Shown here: one piece after another, positions 30,447 through 40,464 of the stretch
Position numbering within the stretch: the stretch's first letter is position 1
Layout: the number at the start of each line of letters is the position of its first letter
Assembly (NCBI GenBank): GCA_034530875.2
Contig: JAVRCJ020000022.1
Location: forward strand, 67,048-131,047
Origin: Nostoc sp. DedSLP01
GTDB lineage: Bacteria; Cyanobacteriota; Cyanobacteriia; Cyanobacteriales; Nostocaceae
DNA length: 64,000 nt
Direction of reading: 5' to 3'
Translations under genes and position numbers: made by a program
The notes under the pieces: generated by a model
Databases searched by the model: none
The model's input: the letters and a program-made list of their open reading frames with translations, nothing else
What the model was told of the DNA's origin: nothing

Positions 30447-32156
30447 TTACCTCGCAGTGACATCATAAAGTTCTTTGATTCTATCTACTTCCACTATGTA
30501 AGGTTCTACAAGACGTTTAAACAATATCATTTGCCCTGAATCATCTTTTTTTAAGTTGACATGGCAAAACCACTCATCATCATTTTTTTCTGGATAATCT
30601 AAGCGGTAATGATAAAGTCCCCAACGAGTTTCTTGACGATATAATGATGCTCTGGCTGCCATTTCTGCACAATCACGAATAAAATGCACTTCCATAGAGC
30701 GCATCAATTCATGAGGGTCGCGTGCGCCCATTAAATCTAATGTTTGTTGATATTGGATAAAATGCTTTAAACCAATTTCTATTTTGTTACCTGTTTTTGG
30801 TGGTTGCAGGTAATCATTAACTAAGCGTCTTAATTTATATTCGACTTGGGTATGAAGTACGCCATTAGGGCGAGTTAATGGTGCATAAATTCTGGCTTTT
30901 TCTGTTTCCAAAAACTCTGTATCTGGTTCGATAAAATCTAAATTTTCGATATATTCAATGGCATGAGTTCCGGCTATGCGACCGAAAACAAATGCTCCAA
31001 TCATATAATTATGGGGAACGCTGGCCATGTCTCCGGCTGCATATAAACCGGGAACTGTTGTCTGCGCATTTTCGTTTACCCACACGCCAGAGGCACTATG
31101 ACCGCTACATAAGCCGATTTCGGAAATGTGCATCTCTACGCCGTGGGTGCGGTAATCTTCATTTCTGCCTTGATGAAAACGTTCTCTACTTGGTCGTTCG
31201 TTCGCCCAAAGTATCGATTCAATTTCGGCAATTGTATCTTCATCAAGATGGGTCATTTTCAGTTGGACTGGCCCTTTGCCAGAGTTTAATTCTTTCCAAA
31301 TTTCCAACATCATTTGACCACTCCAATAGTCGCAACTAATGAAGCGATTTCCTTCGGCGTTGGCTGTATGTGCGCCAAAAGGCCCGGCAACATAAGCACA
31401 GGCAGGGCCGTTGTAATCTTTGATTAAAGGATTAACTTGAAAACATTCAATGTTGCTGAGTTCTGCACCTGCATGATAAGCCATTGAATAGCCATCGCCG
31501 GCATTGGTAGGATTTTCGTAAGTGCCGTAGAGATAGCCAGAAGCAGGTAATCCTAATCTGCCGCAAGCACCCGTACATAAGATAACGGCTTTGGCTTGAA
31601 TGACTACATAATCGCCGTTTCTGACATCAAGTCCCACCGCACCAATAGCGCGTCCGGCTTTGACTAATACACGAGTCGCCATGACGCGGTTTGTAACTTT
31701 AACTTTGTGGCGTTTAACTTGGCGGGTGAGAATGGTTTTGAGGTCTTTACCTTCTGGCATGGGTAGGACATATTTACCTACGCGATGCACTTGTTTTAAG
31801 TCGTAGTTGCCTTGGGCATCTTTTTGAAATTTCACGCCCCAGCTTTCTAATTCTTGGATGACTTCATAACCTAATTTGCCGGTTTGATATACGGCTTTTT
31901 GGTTGAGAATGCCATCGTTAGCGAGGGTGATTTCACGGACGTATTGTTCTGGGGTGGAATGTCCGGGAATGACTGCGGTATTGACGCCATCCATCCCCAT
32001 TGCGATCGCACCACTCCGTCGTATGTTAGCCTTTTCTAAAATCAGCACCTCTGCATCTGGATTTGCTTGTTTGGCTTTAATTCCAGCCATCGTTCCCGCT
32101 GTACCGCCACCAATCACAAGCACATCTGTTTTTATCCACTGGGTATTGATATTCAT
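30447..32156 (-). CDS. FAD-dependent oxidoreductase, AprA/FrdA-like flavoprotein subunit
   Basis: DVLVIGGGTAG, RSGAIAMGMDGVN, GLYAAGD, RQETRWGLYHYRLDYP. Confidence 0.85.
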   Translation of the reverse strand: MNINTQWIKTDVLVIGGGTAGTMAGIKAKQANPDAEVLILEKANIRRSGAIAMGMDGVNTAVIPGHSTPEQYVREITLANDGILNQKAVYQTGKLGYEVIQELESWGVKFQKDAQGNYDLKQVHRVGKYVLPMPEGKDLKTILTRQVKRHKVKVTNRVMATRVLVKAGRAIGAVGLDVRNGDYVVIQAKAVILCTGACGRLGLPASGYLYGTYENPTNAGDGYSMAYHAGAELSNIECFQVNPLIKDYNGPACAYVAGPFGAHTANAEGNRFISCDYWSGQMMLEIWKELNSGKGPVQLKMTHLDEDTIAEIESILWANERPSRERFHQGRNEDYRTHGVEMHISEIGLCSGHSASGVWVNENAQTTVPGLYAAGDMASVPHNYMIGAFVFGRIAGTHAIEYIENLDFIEPDTEFLETEKARIYAPLTRPNGVLHTQVEYKLRRLVNDYLQPPKTGNKIEIGLKHFIQYQQTLDLMGARDPHELMRSMEVHFIRDCAEMAARASLYRQETRWGLYHYRLDYPEKNDDEWFCHVNLKKDDSGQMILFKRLVEPYIVEVDRIKELYDVTAR

Positions 32157-32226
32157 CTGCAATAAATAAAACCTCAAATGTCAACCAAACTAACTTGCTC
32201 GCATACAGCCTTCTGCCTCCTGCCTC

Positions 32227-33294
32227 CTATTTCTCGCCTTTCCAAACAATTTCGCTAATATTGATAGACTTCGGTATCAGTTTAATTTTATAGAAGGTAT
32301 CGGCAATCTCTTGTTGTGCGCGAATCACTTCGTCTGTTAAGGGTAGGACGCCATACTCGCGCCGTTTTTCTGCAACTTCTAGAACTTTGGCATCAATACC
32401 CAATTCTGGTGAGAGAAATTTGGCAACTTCAGCAGGATTATTTTGCGCCCAGGTGCTTCTTTTTTTCACTTCATCAAGAACTGTTTTCAAAGCATCAGGA
32501 TATTTGTCAACAAAAGATTTTGCAGCTAGATAATAACCGCGATTTGGTGCTAACCCAGTTGCATCAGTCAGAGTACGTGCGCCTGTAGCAGCTTGCGCGG
32601 CAGCTAAATAAGGATCCCAAATTGCCCAAGCATCAACGTTATTACCCTCAAATGCGGCACGCGCATCGGGAGGTTGGAGAAAAGCCGGTTTGATATCGCT
32701 GTAATTTACTCCGCCTTTTTCTAAGGCTTTTACTAATAAGTAGTTAGTATTTGAACCTTTAGCAACGGCAACTCGTTTACCCTTGAGGTCTGCAAAGCTT
32801 TGAATAGGTGAATTTTTTGGCACAAGAATTGCTTCTGCTTTGGGACTCCAAGGATCGTAAGCAACATAAACTAAGGGAGTACCAGAAACTTGGGCAAAAA
32901 TAGGCGGTGATTCACCGGTGTAGCCAAAATCAATACTCCCAGCGTTGATTGCCTCTAACATCGGCGGCCCGGAAGGAAATTCTGCCCATTTCACTGAAGC
33001 GCCACTAGCAGCAAAGGCTTTTTCCAAATCTTTTTGTGCTTTCATGGTGTTGAGGATAGTTGCTGCTTTTTGATAGCCAATGCGAACTACAACACCTTGA
33101 TTTGCCTGACTTGGATTTGCTGCCTGCGTTGGGGCAGAGTTGCTGGCACTGTTGGAACACGCAGAGATCGCAACAGCCAAGGCAAACCCGCAGGCAAAGA
33201 ATAAGGTAAATGCGCTAATTCTCCATATTTCATAATTCTGAAGAAAGCTGTTGACAATCTTCATAAGTCGTTTTGATAAATACTCGAGCCGCAT
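32227..33294 (-). CDS. ssuA: Sulfonate ABC transporter substrate-binding lipoprotein
   Basis: Lipobox ISAC; RIGYQK, EFPSGPPMLEA, VDAWAIWDPY. Confidence 0.9.
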   Translation of the reverse strand: MRLEYLSKRLMKIVNSFLQNYEIWRISAFTLFFACGFALAVAISACSNSASNSAPTQAANPSQANQGVVVRIGYQKAATILNTMKAQKDLEKAFAASGASVKWAEFPSGPPMLEAINAGSIDFGYTGESPPIFAQVSGTPLVYVAYDPWSPKAEAILVPKNSPIQSFADLKGKRVAVAKGSNTNYLLVKALEKGGVNYSDIKPAFLQPPDARAAFEGNNVDAWAIWDPYLAAAQAATGARTLTDATGLAPNRGYYLAAKSFVDKYPDALKTVLDEVKKRSTWAQNNPAEVAKFLSPELGIDAKVLEVAEKRREYGVLPLTDEVIRAQQEIADTFYKIKLIPKSINISEIVWKGEK

Positions 33295-33326
33295 AGGTGC
33301 ATTCAGACTATAAGCATCTTCAATAC

Positions 33327-33352
33327 TACGGCAATTTGAGTCATTTACCGTA
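33327..33352. promoter_or_regulatory. Near-perfect sulfur-regulon operator box in a divergent promoter
   Basis: TACGGCAA-tttgagtcat-TTACCGTA. Confidence 0.8.
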
Positions 33353-33404
33353 TTTTGGTAGAATATTTACATAGATACGCCACAAATGCAAAAGCCGAAA
33401 AAGT

Positions 33405-34070
33405 ATGCCCACCGGGAAAACACTAAATCTGACAACTAATTTGTACGATTATCTATTGTCTGTATCTCTACGCGAACCAGAAGTACTTTTGGAGTTGCGA
33501 GAAGAAACTGCACGCCATCCTCGCGGAAATATGCAAATTGTGCCAGATCAAGGACAGTTTTTAGCACTCTTGGTAAAGCTAATTGGTGCAAAGAAAACTC
33601 TAGAAGTAGGAGTTTTCACTGGTTATAGTTCTTTAAGTGTTGCTTTAGCATTGCCGCCTGATGGTAAGATTATTGCCTGTGATATTAGCGAAGAGTTTAC
33701 ATCGGTTGCTCGTCGCTATTGGGAAAAGGCAGGTGTGGCAAATAAAATTGACTTGCGGCTGGCTCCAGGGACAGAGACTTTAGAGTATCTTTTAGCACAA
33801 GGTCAGGCTGAAACTTTTGACTTTGCTTTTATTGATGCTGATAAGGAAAACTATTATCGCTATTACGAATTGGCGTTAAAGTTAGTGCGGCCTGGTGGTT
33901 TGATTGCTATTGATAATGTGCTGTGGTCTGGAACAGTAATTCAGCCGGAAATACAAGACTCGTCTACTGTAGCGATTCGGGAGTTCAACAAGAAGCTAGC
34001 TCAAGACGATCGCATCGATTTGAGTTTAATTGCGATCGCAGATGGGCTAACTTTAGCACGCAAGCGTTAG
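33405..34070 (+). CDS. O-methyltransferase (caffeoyl-CoA OMT-like)
   Basis: LEVGVFTGYS, FIDADKENY, IDNVLWSG. Confidence 0.92.
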   Translation: MPTGKTLNLTTNLYDYLLSVSLREPEVLLELREETARHPRGNMQIVPDQGQFLALLVKLIGAKKTLEVGVFTGYSSLSVALALPPDGKIIACDISEEFTSVARRYWEKAGVANKIDLRLAPGTETLEYLLAQGQAETFDFAFIDADKENYYRYYELALKLVRPGGLIAIDNVLWSGTVIQPEIQDSSTVAIREFNKKLAQDDRIDLSLIAIADGLTLARKR

Positions 34071-34099
34071 GGTAATTCGTAATTCGTAATTAAGAGACG

Positions 34100-34453
34100 T
34101 TAGGTTTGATTGATTTGTTGTAGGAAAGCGATGTTTAAATCTAGCTTGTTGCCTAGCCACAGGGCATGTGCTGTATGGTCTGTGACATCATCGCCTGTTT
34201 CAGGGTGGACGAGGATATCTAAGCCTTCGCGGTTGAGCATTAACCAGGGAACGATTTGCGTAAATTCCGTTGGTGAGAAGGCAACTTGATACATCGATTT
34301 GGGATGGGGGCCAACTAGCCGATCTTGCCAGCGCCCCAGCCGTACTTCAAATCTAGCTCCTAATTCATCTCGGATATGGCTAGCAACATCACGAGTCTCG
34401 GTATCGTAGTAGACATGAGCGTGAAAACCAGTGATGATGCTATTTTCTTTCAT
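34100..34453 (-). CDS. DOPA 4,5-dioxygenase family protein
   Basis: FHAHVYY, VGPHP, WLMLNR, LVHPETG, DHT..ALWLG. Confidence 0.88.
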   Translation of the reverse strand: MKENSIITGFHAHVYYDTETRDVASHIRDELGARFEVRLGRWQDRLVGPHPKSMYQVAFSPTEFTQIVPWLMLNREGLDILVHPETGDDVTDHTAHALWLGNKLDLNIAFLQQINQT

Positions 34454-34502
34454 GGCTTTATCTCGATGATTTTGTACGTGTACTGTGCTGCTACAAACAA
34501 TT

Positions 34503-34680
34503 GGCGTTGGTGATTAAAAATATGAATTTACTTCAGGCAGAGGAGCCAATGCGCCCTTGCGGGTTCCCCGACTTGTTCGCCCTTGGCGTGAAGGGTAGCA
34601 AGTGGCGTCGCGCAGAATCGCAGAGAGTAAAGGTTGAGAAGAGTTAATTTTTGAATTTCATATTCAAATTCAGCAATGCC
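34503..34680. mobile_element. MITE with GGCGTTG termini carrying a nested GC-rich insertion
   Basis: GGCGTTGGTGATT..TATGAA / TTCATA..AATTCAGCAATGCC; flanks AAACAATT / AAAAAATT; related to 53740-53844. Confidence 0.75.
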
Positions 34681-34731
34681 AAAAAATTTATATGGCATGG
34701 AGCTGAGATGGCTCTACTAGCTCTGACAAAA

Positions 34732-35211
34732 TTAGTATGGTGTGCCGTCTTTGCGGACAAATTTCCACAAGCCATTCTCTAAATTGGCCATAAGGTCGTC
34801 ATCGGGATAGCTGCCTTCGTCTCCCGGTGTTCTGTCCCCGATTTCGAGATAAAGAACATCTTCTGAGGTTTCGTTAATCAGATGGTGGGCGTTACCAGTG
34901 CCAGCCTTGAAGCCGGCACACATACCTGGGGAGAGTTGTGTACAACCTTCGTCGGTACGTAGCGTTGGATGTCCTTCCAAGATGTACACGAACTCGTCTT
35001 GTTTGCTGTGAGCATGACGAAGGGCTGAAATTGCCTGAGGAGCTAGGCGTGTTAGGTTTACACCAAAGTTCGTAAGTCCAAACAGGTCACCAAGTGCGCG
35101 TTTCTCCCTGCCCACCATACGCGATGCAAACGGTTCAGGATAGTTTGAGGGTTTAGTTCTTGTTGGTGCATCAGATGCTTTGATAGCGATTAATTTCGCT
35201 CCTTCTGACAT
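34732..35211 (-). CDS. Cupin domain protein
   Basis: HAHSKQDEFVYILEG, AGTGNAHHLIN; likely start MSEG. Confidence 0.88.
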   Translation of the reverse strand: MSEGAKLIAIKASDAPTRTKPSNYPEPFASRMVGREKRALGDLFGLTNFGVNLTRLAPQAISALRHAHSKQDEFVYILEGHPTLRTDEGCTQLSPGMCAGFKAGTGNAHHLINETSEDVLYLEIGDRTPGDEGSYPDDDLMANLENGLWKFVRKDGTPY

Positions 35212-35337
35212 AAAAACCTCGTAAGACGGAATAATGAAGGCTAATAGCAATTCTAAATTTTTGTAGGCTCTTATTTTGCCAAAGATATTGATATTTTAAT
35301 CAATTTTGTTTTTTAGCCTTTTAAGATTCTCACCTGA

Positions 35338-35482
35338 TATAGGACTCACATTTGATTGCGTGAAAAAAATCAGTACATCCAGACAAAGCTTCTGTCCTAC
35401 TCCCTACTCCCTGTCTATCGCGCTTGCGCTGCGCTTCGCGCACCACACAAATAAATTCTCCAAATCAAACCGGATTCCTATA
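35338..35482. mobile_element. MITE-like element (TATAGGA...TCCTATA) with a nested 28-nt insertion at 35418-35445
   Basis: Homologous to 44175-44289, which lacks the insertion. Confidence 0.75.
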
Positions 35483-35560
35483 CCAATTTGAAAAAAGAAT
35501 GCTCTCTATAGATAAGCTCAAACCCTTGTGATATTTAGTTTTTTGAATTTTGAATTGTTA

Positions 35561-36310
35561 TTACCTGTCTTGCTGAGTTGGACGAATGAGAATTTCATTG
35601 ACATTAACGTGGGGTGGCTGAGTCACAGCATAAGCGATCGCTCTAGCAATATCATCACTTTGTAGCGGTGTAATTGCCTTGATTCGTTCTTCTACATTTT
35701 TTTTGGCTACAGGATCGGTGACATGATTATTGATTTCTGTCTCTACCAAACCAGGTTCGATAATGGTGACGCGAATGTTATCTTTTAAAACTTCTTGCCG
35801 TAGAGATTCTGAAATAGCGTTCACACCCCATTTAGTTGCGTTGTATATACCAACACCTGCACGCGCTATCCGACCTGCTACTGATGAAATATTAACGATA
35901 TGTCCTCCACCTTGGGCTTTGAAAATTGGTAGGACAGCATGGGTAGCATAAAGCAATCCAAAGACGTTGACATCAAACATGCGCCGCCAGTCTGAAGTAT
36001 TGCCGCCATCAATATTACCTGTCAATGCTATGCCTGCGTTGTTTACTAGGATATCTATTTGTCCTAATTCGGCCTTAGCTTTGTGGATTAAGTTGTTGGC
36101 TTGGGTTTCGTCGGTGATATCGGTAACAATAGGTAAAGCCTTGCCACCACTAAATTCGATGCGTTTTGCTAGTGCTTCCAAGCGATCGCTTCTTCTAGCT
36201 GCAATTACTATTTTTGCTCCTTCTGCTGCCAAAGCGATCGCTGTCGCTTCACCAATTCCCGAAGAAGCTCCCGTAATAATTGCTACTTTTCTATCTAATT
36301 TACCTGCCAT
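35561..36310 (-). CDS. Short-chain dehydrogenase/reductase
   Basis: TGASSGIG, NNAG, SS..YNATK. Confidence 0.93.
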   Translation of the reverse strand: MAGKLDRKVAIITGASSGIGEATAIALAAEGAKIVIAARRSDRLEALAKRIEFSGGKALPIVTDITDETQANNLIHKAKAELGQIDILVNNAGIALTGNIDGGNTSDWRRMFDVNVFGLLYATHAVLPIFKAQGGGHIVNISSVAGRIARAGVGIYNATKWGVNAISESLRQEVLKDNIRVTIIEPGLVETEINNHVTDPVAKKNVEERIKAITPLQSDDIARAIAYAVTQPPHVNVNEILIRPTQQDR

Positions 36311-36337
36311 AACTGAATCCTTTTTCTACTAGTTTCA

Positions 36338-37144
36338 TTAATATTTCAAACCATCTATAACTATTTGCAGATATTCTATAGAAGCCTTTTCTGCTGAAGA
36401 ATGCACAATCAAATCTGGTTTGTTTAATGCTTGGCGAAACTGACGATATAAATAAATGCTATGTTGCAATGCTTTGGCAATTTCCAGACTATTATGTTTC
36501 ATCGGAATAGTCTGGTGAAAATCTGCTAATAAATGAGGAAGTTCTGTTTCCAAATTCCTCACACCGCGAGGAAGTTTTCCTGATTGAATTTTGGCTAATG
36601 GCCCTAAAACTTGTCCGCGAATATAAGAAAGAAAATCAATAGCTTCAAAAAGTTCGCCCCTGCCTAATTTGGTAGCGCCATAGTGTACCCACACCCAAAA
36701 ACGGTCTTCAATCCACTGTAAATCCAAAGGTGGATAATTTCCTGGATTATCCTTGATAGCTAAGGTTAATAAATTGTCTTGTTCCCATAAGACAATAGGA
36801 TTTTCAACCCGACCTATTTTCAAATCTTGTAAAACCAAAAACTTTAAATCAACGTGTAAAAGTGGATTTTCATATAAACAAATTAACAATCGAGGTTCGC
36901 CGACGTGTTCGCCTGTAAAAGCTGCTAATAACGAACCCAATCGATTGGCAAAAAGCTTTCGTTCATCTAATACCTGTTGATAGCTATCGTCAGCTACAAT
37001 AATAATTAAATCGAGGTCGGAATACTCATCCATTTGCCCACTCAAATACGAACCACCGATGGCTACACCTAACAAGCGATCGTCTTTTTTTAGCTGAGAA
37101 ATAATCTGCTCTAAAAAAACTCTTTGTGGTTCGGGAACTGACAT
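36338..37144 (-). CDS. Pol-beta-like nucleotidyltransferase domain protein
   Basis: GGS...DEYSDLD motif; RGELFEA helical C-domain. Confidence 0.7.
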   Translation of the reverse strand: MSVPEPQRVFLEQIISQLKKDDRLLGVAIGGSYLSGQMDEYSDLDLIIIVADDSYQQVLDERKLFANRLGSLLAAFTGEHVGEPRLLICLYENPLLHVDLKFLVLQDLKIGRVENPIVLWEQDNLLTLAIKDNPGNYPPLDLQWIEDRFWVWVHYGATKLGRGELFEAIDFLSYIRGQVLGPLAKIQSGKLPRGVRNLETELPHLLADFHQTIPMKHNSLEIAKALQHSIYLYRQFRQALNKPDLIVHSSAEKASIEYLQIVIDGLKY

Positions 37145-37312
37145 AGTGGTTCTATCGAAGATTGCTGAATTTTTGTAGTTTAGCCTGTGCTGAGTCAAGC
37201 CATACACTACACCTGCTAGGATTAGCGGTGAGAGGATGTCAACTCAGCACTTTTCATAGTAATTGAAGACGGCTTAAATTACAGCAGCAATTGGGTTGAT
37301 AAACAGTATCTA

Positions 37313-37921
37313 TCAAACTGCGATGGCAGGATTTTTGAAATAAATAGGTTCATTTCCTGGCTTCCATTTGATATTACAGCCAATACTCGGCTTTTGTTGC
37401 CAAGTTATAGCCCGGCCTGCCAAAACAGCATCAATTGCATTGCGCAAGTCTTTTCCAGTTACGGGTATACCGTTTTGTGGGCGGCTATCGTCTAGCTGTC
37501 CCCGATAAACAAGTTTTCCCTTAGCATCAAATAGGAAAAAGTCAGGAGTACAAGCGGCAAAAAAGTTCTTTGCAGTTGTTTGATTTTCATCAAAAAGTAG
37601 AGGATAAGCTAAATCTAACTCTTGTGCAAAGGCTTTCAAAGATTCTGGCGCATCATCAGGATGAGTAGTGGCATCGTTAGCGCTAATCGCCACAATTCCC
37701 AGATTGCTATCTGTATTTTTTAGATAGTCTTGACCCAGCTTTGCTAGCTCAAATTTGATGTGTTGTACAAAAGGGCAATGACGGCTCAAAAATATAACTA
37801 ACAGAGCTTTTCTGTTAGCAAAATCTGAAAGCGAAATTGTTTTTTCTAAAACTACATCTGGTAATTGAAAATCAGGGGCTAAAGTACCCAGAGGTAGCAT
37901 TGTTGATGAAGTTTTGACCAT
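37313..37921 (-). CDS. Thioredoxin-fold (AhpC/TSA-like) protein
   Basis: APDFQLPD, SRHCPFV, AACTPDFF, YRGQLDD, SIGCNIKW. Confidence 0.88.
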   Translation of the reverse strand: MVKTSSTMLPLGTLAPDFQLPDVVLEKTISLSDFANRKALLVIFLSRHCPFVQHIKFELAKLGQDYLKNTDSNLGIVAISANDATTHPDDAPESLKAFAQELDLAYPLLFDENQTTAKNFFAACTPDFFLFDAKGKLVYRGQLDDSRPQNGIPVTGKDLRNAIDAVLAGRAITWQQKPSIGCNIKWKPGNEPIYFKNPAIAV

Positions 37922-38004
37922 GAAATAAAAAACCTTTAATCGTTCAAAAAGATATTAGCAAATCTCTGTTAATAGTACGCGGAAAAATCCGTAATTATCT
38001 GATA

Positions 38005-39090
38005 CTATTTTTGACTAATTGTTGTAGGAGTAATAGCTGCATATTGCTCGGGTGTCAGCACAGCTTCTTGAATATTTACTGGTTTGGGAATCACACCGTT
38101 TTTATAGAAATAATCGGCAACTCGTTGTTGATCTCTAATTAAGTCAGGAGAAATAGCTCTTAACCCATAGCTACGACGGCTAAGTACCAAATCCATCACT
38201 TTTGGATCTAGTTTTTGATAAGGCATAATTAATTTTGCCGTTTCTTTGGGATGAGCCTCTGCCCAGCGTTGAATTTTATCAATTTCCTCAATCACAATTC
38301 TGAGTAATTCTGGATTATCAATTGCAAATTGTTTTCTGCCAACATAGTAGCTACCTGGAGTATCAAGCCCTTGGGCTGTTTTAATAATCCGTGCTTTACC
38401 TAAAAGTTCAGCCCTTGCTAAGTGAGGATCGCCACTTACCCAAACAGGAATCTTACCTTCTAGAAATGCGCTACTAGCTTCTACATTAGGTATACTCAAA
38501 ACTTGAATATCGCTTGGTTTTAAGCCTACATTTTCTAATTCTCTGAGGATAAAATAGTGAGAAGCAGAAGCTTTTTAAAAAACTACTTTTTGTCCTTTAA
38601 TATCTTTGACGCTTTTAATTGGAGAATTTGGCGGAACTGCGATCGCACTTCCTCTACCTGTTTTGTTTGTACGTTTTGAACCCACTACATAAACAATATC
38701 GGCACCAGCTGCTTGAGCAAAAATTGGCGGAGTTTCACCAACAGAACCTAAATCTATTTTGCCCACATTCATAGCTTCCATTAGCTGCGGCCCTTGAGCA
38801 AATTGTGCCCAGTCTACTTTCACTCCCAATGGTTCTAAACGCTTTTCTAATACTTGCGTCACCCTCACAAAATCACCAGCTTGCTGATACCCCATGTGGA
38901 GTACCTTGGTTTTAATTCCAGAGGCTTTAGTATCAGATACATTGGTCGCAGAAGATTGATTTTGGACGTTTTGGTTTCCTTGCGTACAACTAACTAAAGT
39001 CAAAGAAGTTGCTAAAGTTAACAATCCTGGAACTACGAGCAATTTAAATTGATGAAAGATTGTGAAATGCCGAGTTTTGCTAGATAGCAT
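38005..39090 (-). pseudogene. SsuA-like binding lipoprotein interrupted by a single in-frame TAA
   Basis: The two track ORFs are in one frame; reading through gives KVVF*KASASHYFILR versus FQKGSASHY in paralogs (CAA>TAA at 38575-38577). Confidence 0.85.
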
Positions 39091-39156
39091 ATTTATTTTT
39101 CTGAATTATAAATTAGTGAAAACACAAGTGGGCAATAGTTGATGAATCCGGGTTTT

Positions 39157-39241
39157 ACCCCACCCTAACCCTCCCCTTGTCAAGGGGAGGGAACTAGATT
39201 TTCTTATTTCCCCCCTTTATAAGGGGGGATTAAGGGGGGTA
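39157..39241. repeat. C/G-run double-hairpin repeat
   Basis: CCCTCCCCTTG..AAGGGGAGGG and CCCCCCTTTATAAGGGGGG; similar to the interior of the 19259 MITE. Confidence 0.65.
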
Positions 39242-39242
39242 A

Positions 39243-40295
39243 TTATTTTTGGCTAATCAAAGTTTTAGGCGTAATAGCAGCATATTGCTCGGGAGTCAGC
39301 ATTGCCTCTTTAACATTAATCGGTTTAGGAATTACTTTTTCTTGAGCAAATAAATCTGCTATTTGCTGTTGACCTGCCATAATTTCTGGAGTAATTGCTC
39401 TTAACCCATAGCTTCGCCTTTTAACTATTTCTGCGATGATCTCGTCATCAATTTTAAGTTGAGGAGCAGTTATTTTGACGACTTCAGCTTGATTTTTTTC
39501 AGCCCACTCATCTACTTTTTCTACCTCTTCAAGGACTAATCGCACCAATTCTGGATTTTCCGTAGCAAACTTTCGTGAAGCCATGTAATATCCACCTTGA
39601 GTAGCGATGCCACTAGCATTTCTTAAAACTCTAGTGTTACCTTTTTTCTGTGCTAAAGCTAAATGAGGGTCCCATGTGACCCAAGCATCAATTCGCCCTT
39701 GAATAAAAGCACCACGTGCTTCTGATGGGGGCATACTTAGAGCTTGAACATCACTATATTTCAAACCTGCTTCTTCTAAAGCTTTAACTAATAAGTAATG
39801 AGAAGCTGAACCTTTTTGAAAAATGATTTTTTTGCCTTTCAGGTCAGCTAAAGTTTTAATTGGTGAATTTTGTTGAACTACAATACCACTACCTTCGCCT
39901 GTTCCTGGTTCTCTACTAGCAATATAAACTAAAGATGTACCAGCTGCTTGAGCAAATATAGGAGGAGTTTCTCCAACAGAGCCAATATCAACTGTACCTA
40001 CATTCATCGCTTCCATTAATTGCGGCCCGGCTGCAAATTGCGCCCATTCAACGGAAATGCCCAAAGCTTGCAAACGCTTTTCTACTCCTCCTCTGAGTTT
40101 AACTAAGTCTCCAGCACTTTGATATCCCATACGGACAGTTGTTGCTGTAAAACTCTTTGATTTATTTTGTGTAGTTGGAGTTTCAACCGAACAACTAGTT
40201 AATATTGTCGAAATACTTAATAATCCAGGCAGAAATAAAAACGAAATTTGCTGGAATAAGTTAATTTTTGGAAATGTTTTAGCTGAAAATTTCAT
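39243..40295 (-). CDS. ssuA: SsuA-like sulfonate-binding lipoprotein
   Basis: Lipobox LTSC; QFAAGPQLMEA, GETPPIFAQA, IDAWVTWDP. Confidence 0.85.
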   Translation of the reverse strand: MKFSAKTFPKINLFQQISFLFLPGLLSISTILTSCSVETPTTQNKSKSFTATTVRMGYQSAGDLVKLRGGVEKRLQALGISVEWAQFAAGPQLMEAMNVGTVDIGSVGETPPIFAQAAGTSLVYIASREPGTGEGSGIVVQQNSPIKTLADLKGKKIIFQKGSASHYLLVKALEEAGLKYSDVQALSMPPSEARGAFIQGRIDAWVTWDPHLALAQKKGNTRVLRNASGIATQGGYYMASRKFATENPELVRLVLEEVEKVDEWAEKNQAEVVKITAPQLKIDDEIIAEIVKRRSYGLRAITPEIMAGQQQIADLFAQEKVIPKPINVKEAMLTPEQYAAITPKTLISQK

Positions 40296-40464
40296 GAAAA
40301 GTCGGTTTGCTCTGACTAAGATCGAAAGGACTAAAATTTTCTGTGGCGTACATTCAAACGCCAAAAAATACTGATTTATGATTCGTATTTTCAAGATAAG
40401 AAGGTGGACATTGCCCACCTTCGTAGTAGATAGCGGAGTATTGCATCAGGTACATAAGCTTTTT

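Noticed and set aside
11093..36310. Beta-lactam or clavam biosynthetic cluster (IPNS-like, TauD-like, Oat2-like, SDR)
   Set aside because: No ACV synthetase, beta-lactam synthetase or carboxyethylarginine synthase; the genes lie in separate box-headed units and fit sulfur scavenging better
38575..38577. Programmed stop read-through or recoding
   Set aside because: The stop is TAA at a Gln position with no evident recoding signal; point mutation or sequencing error is simpler
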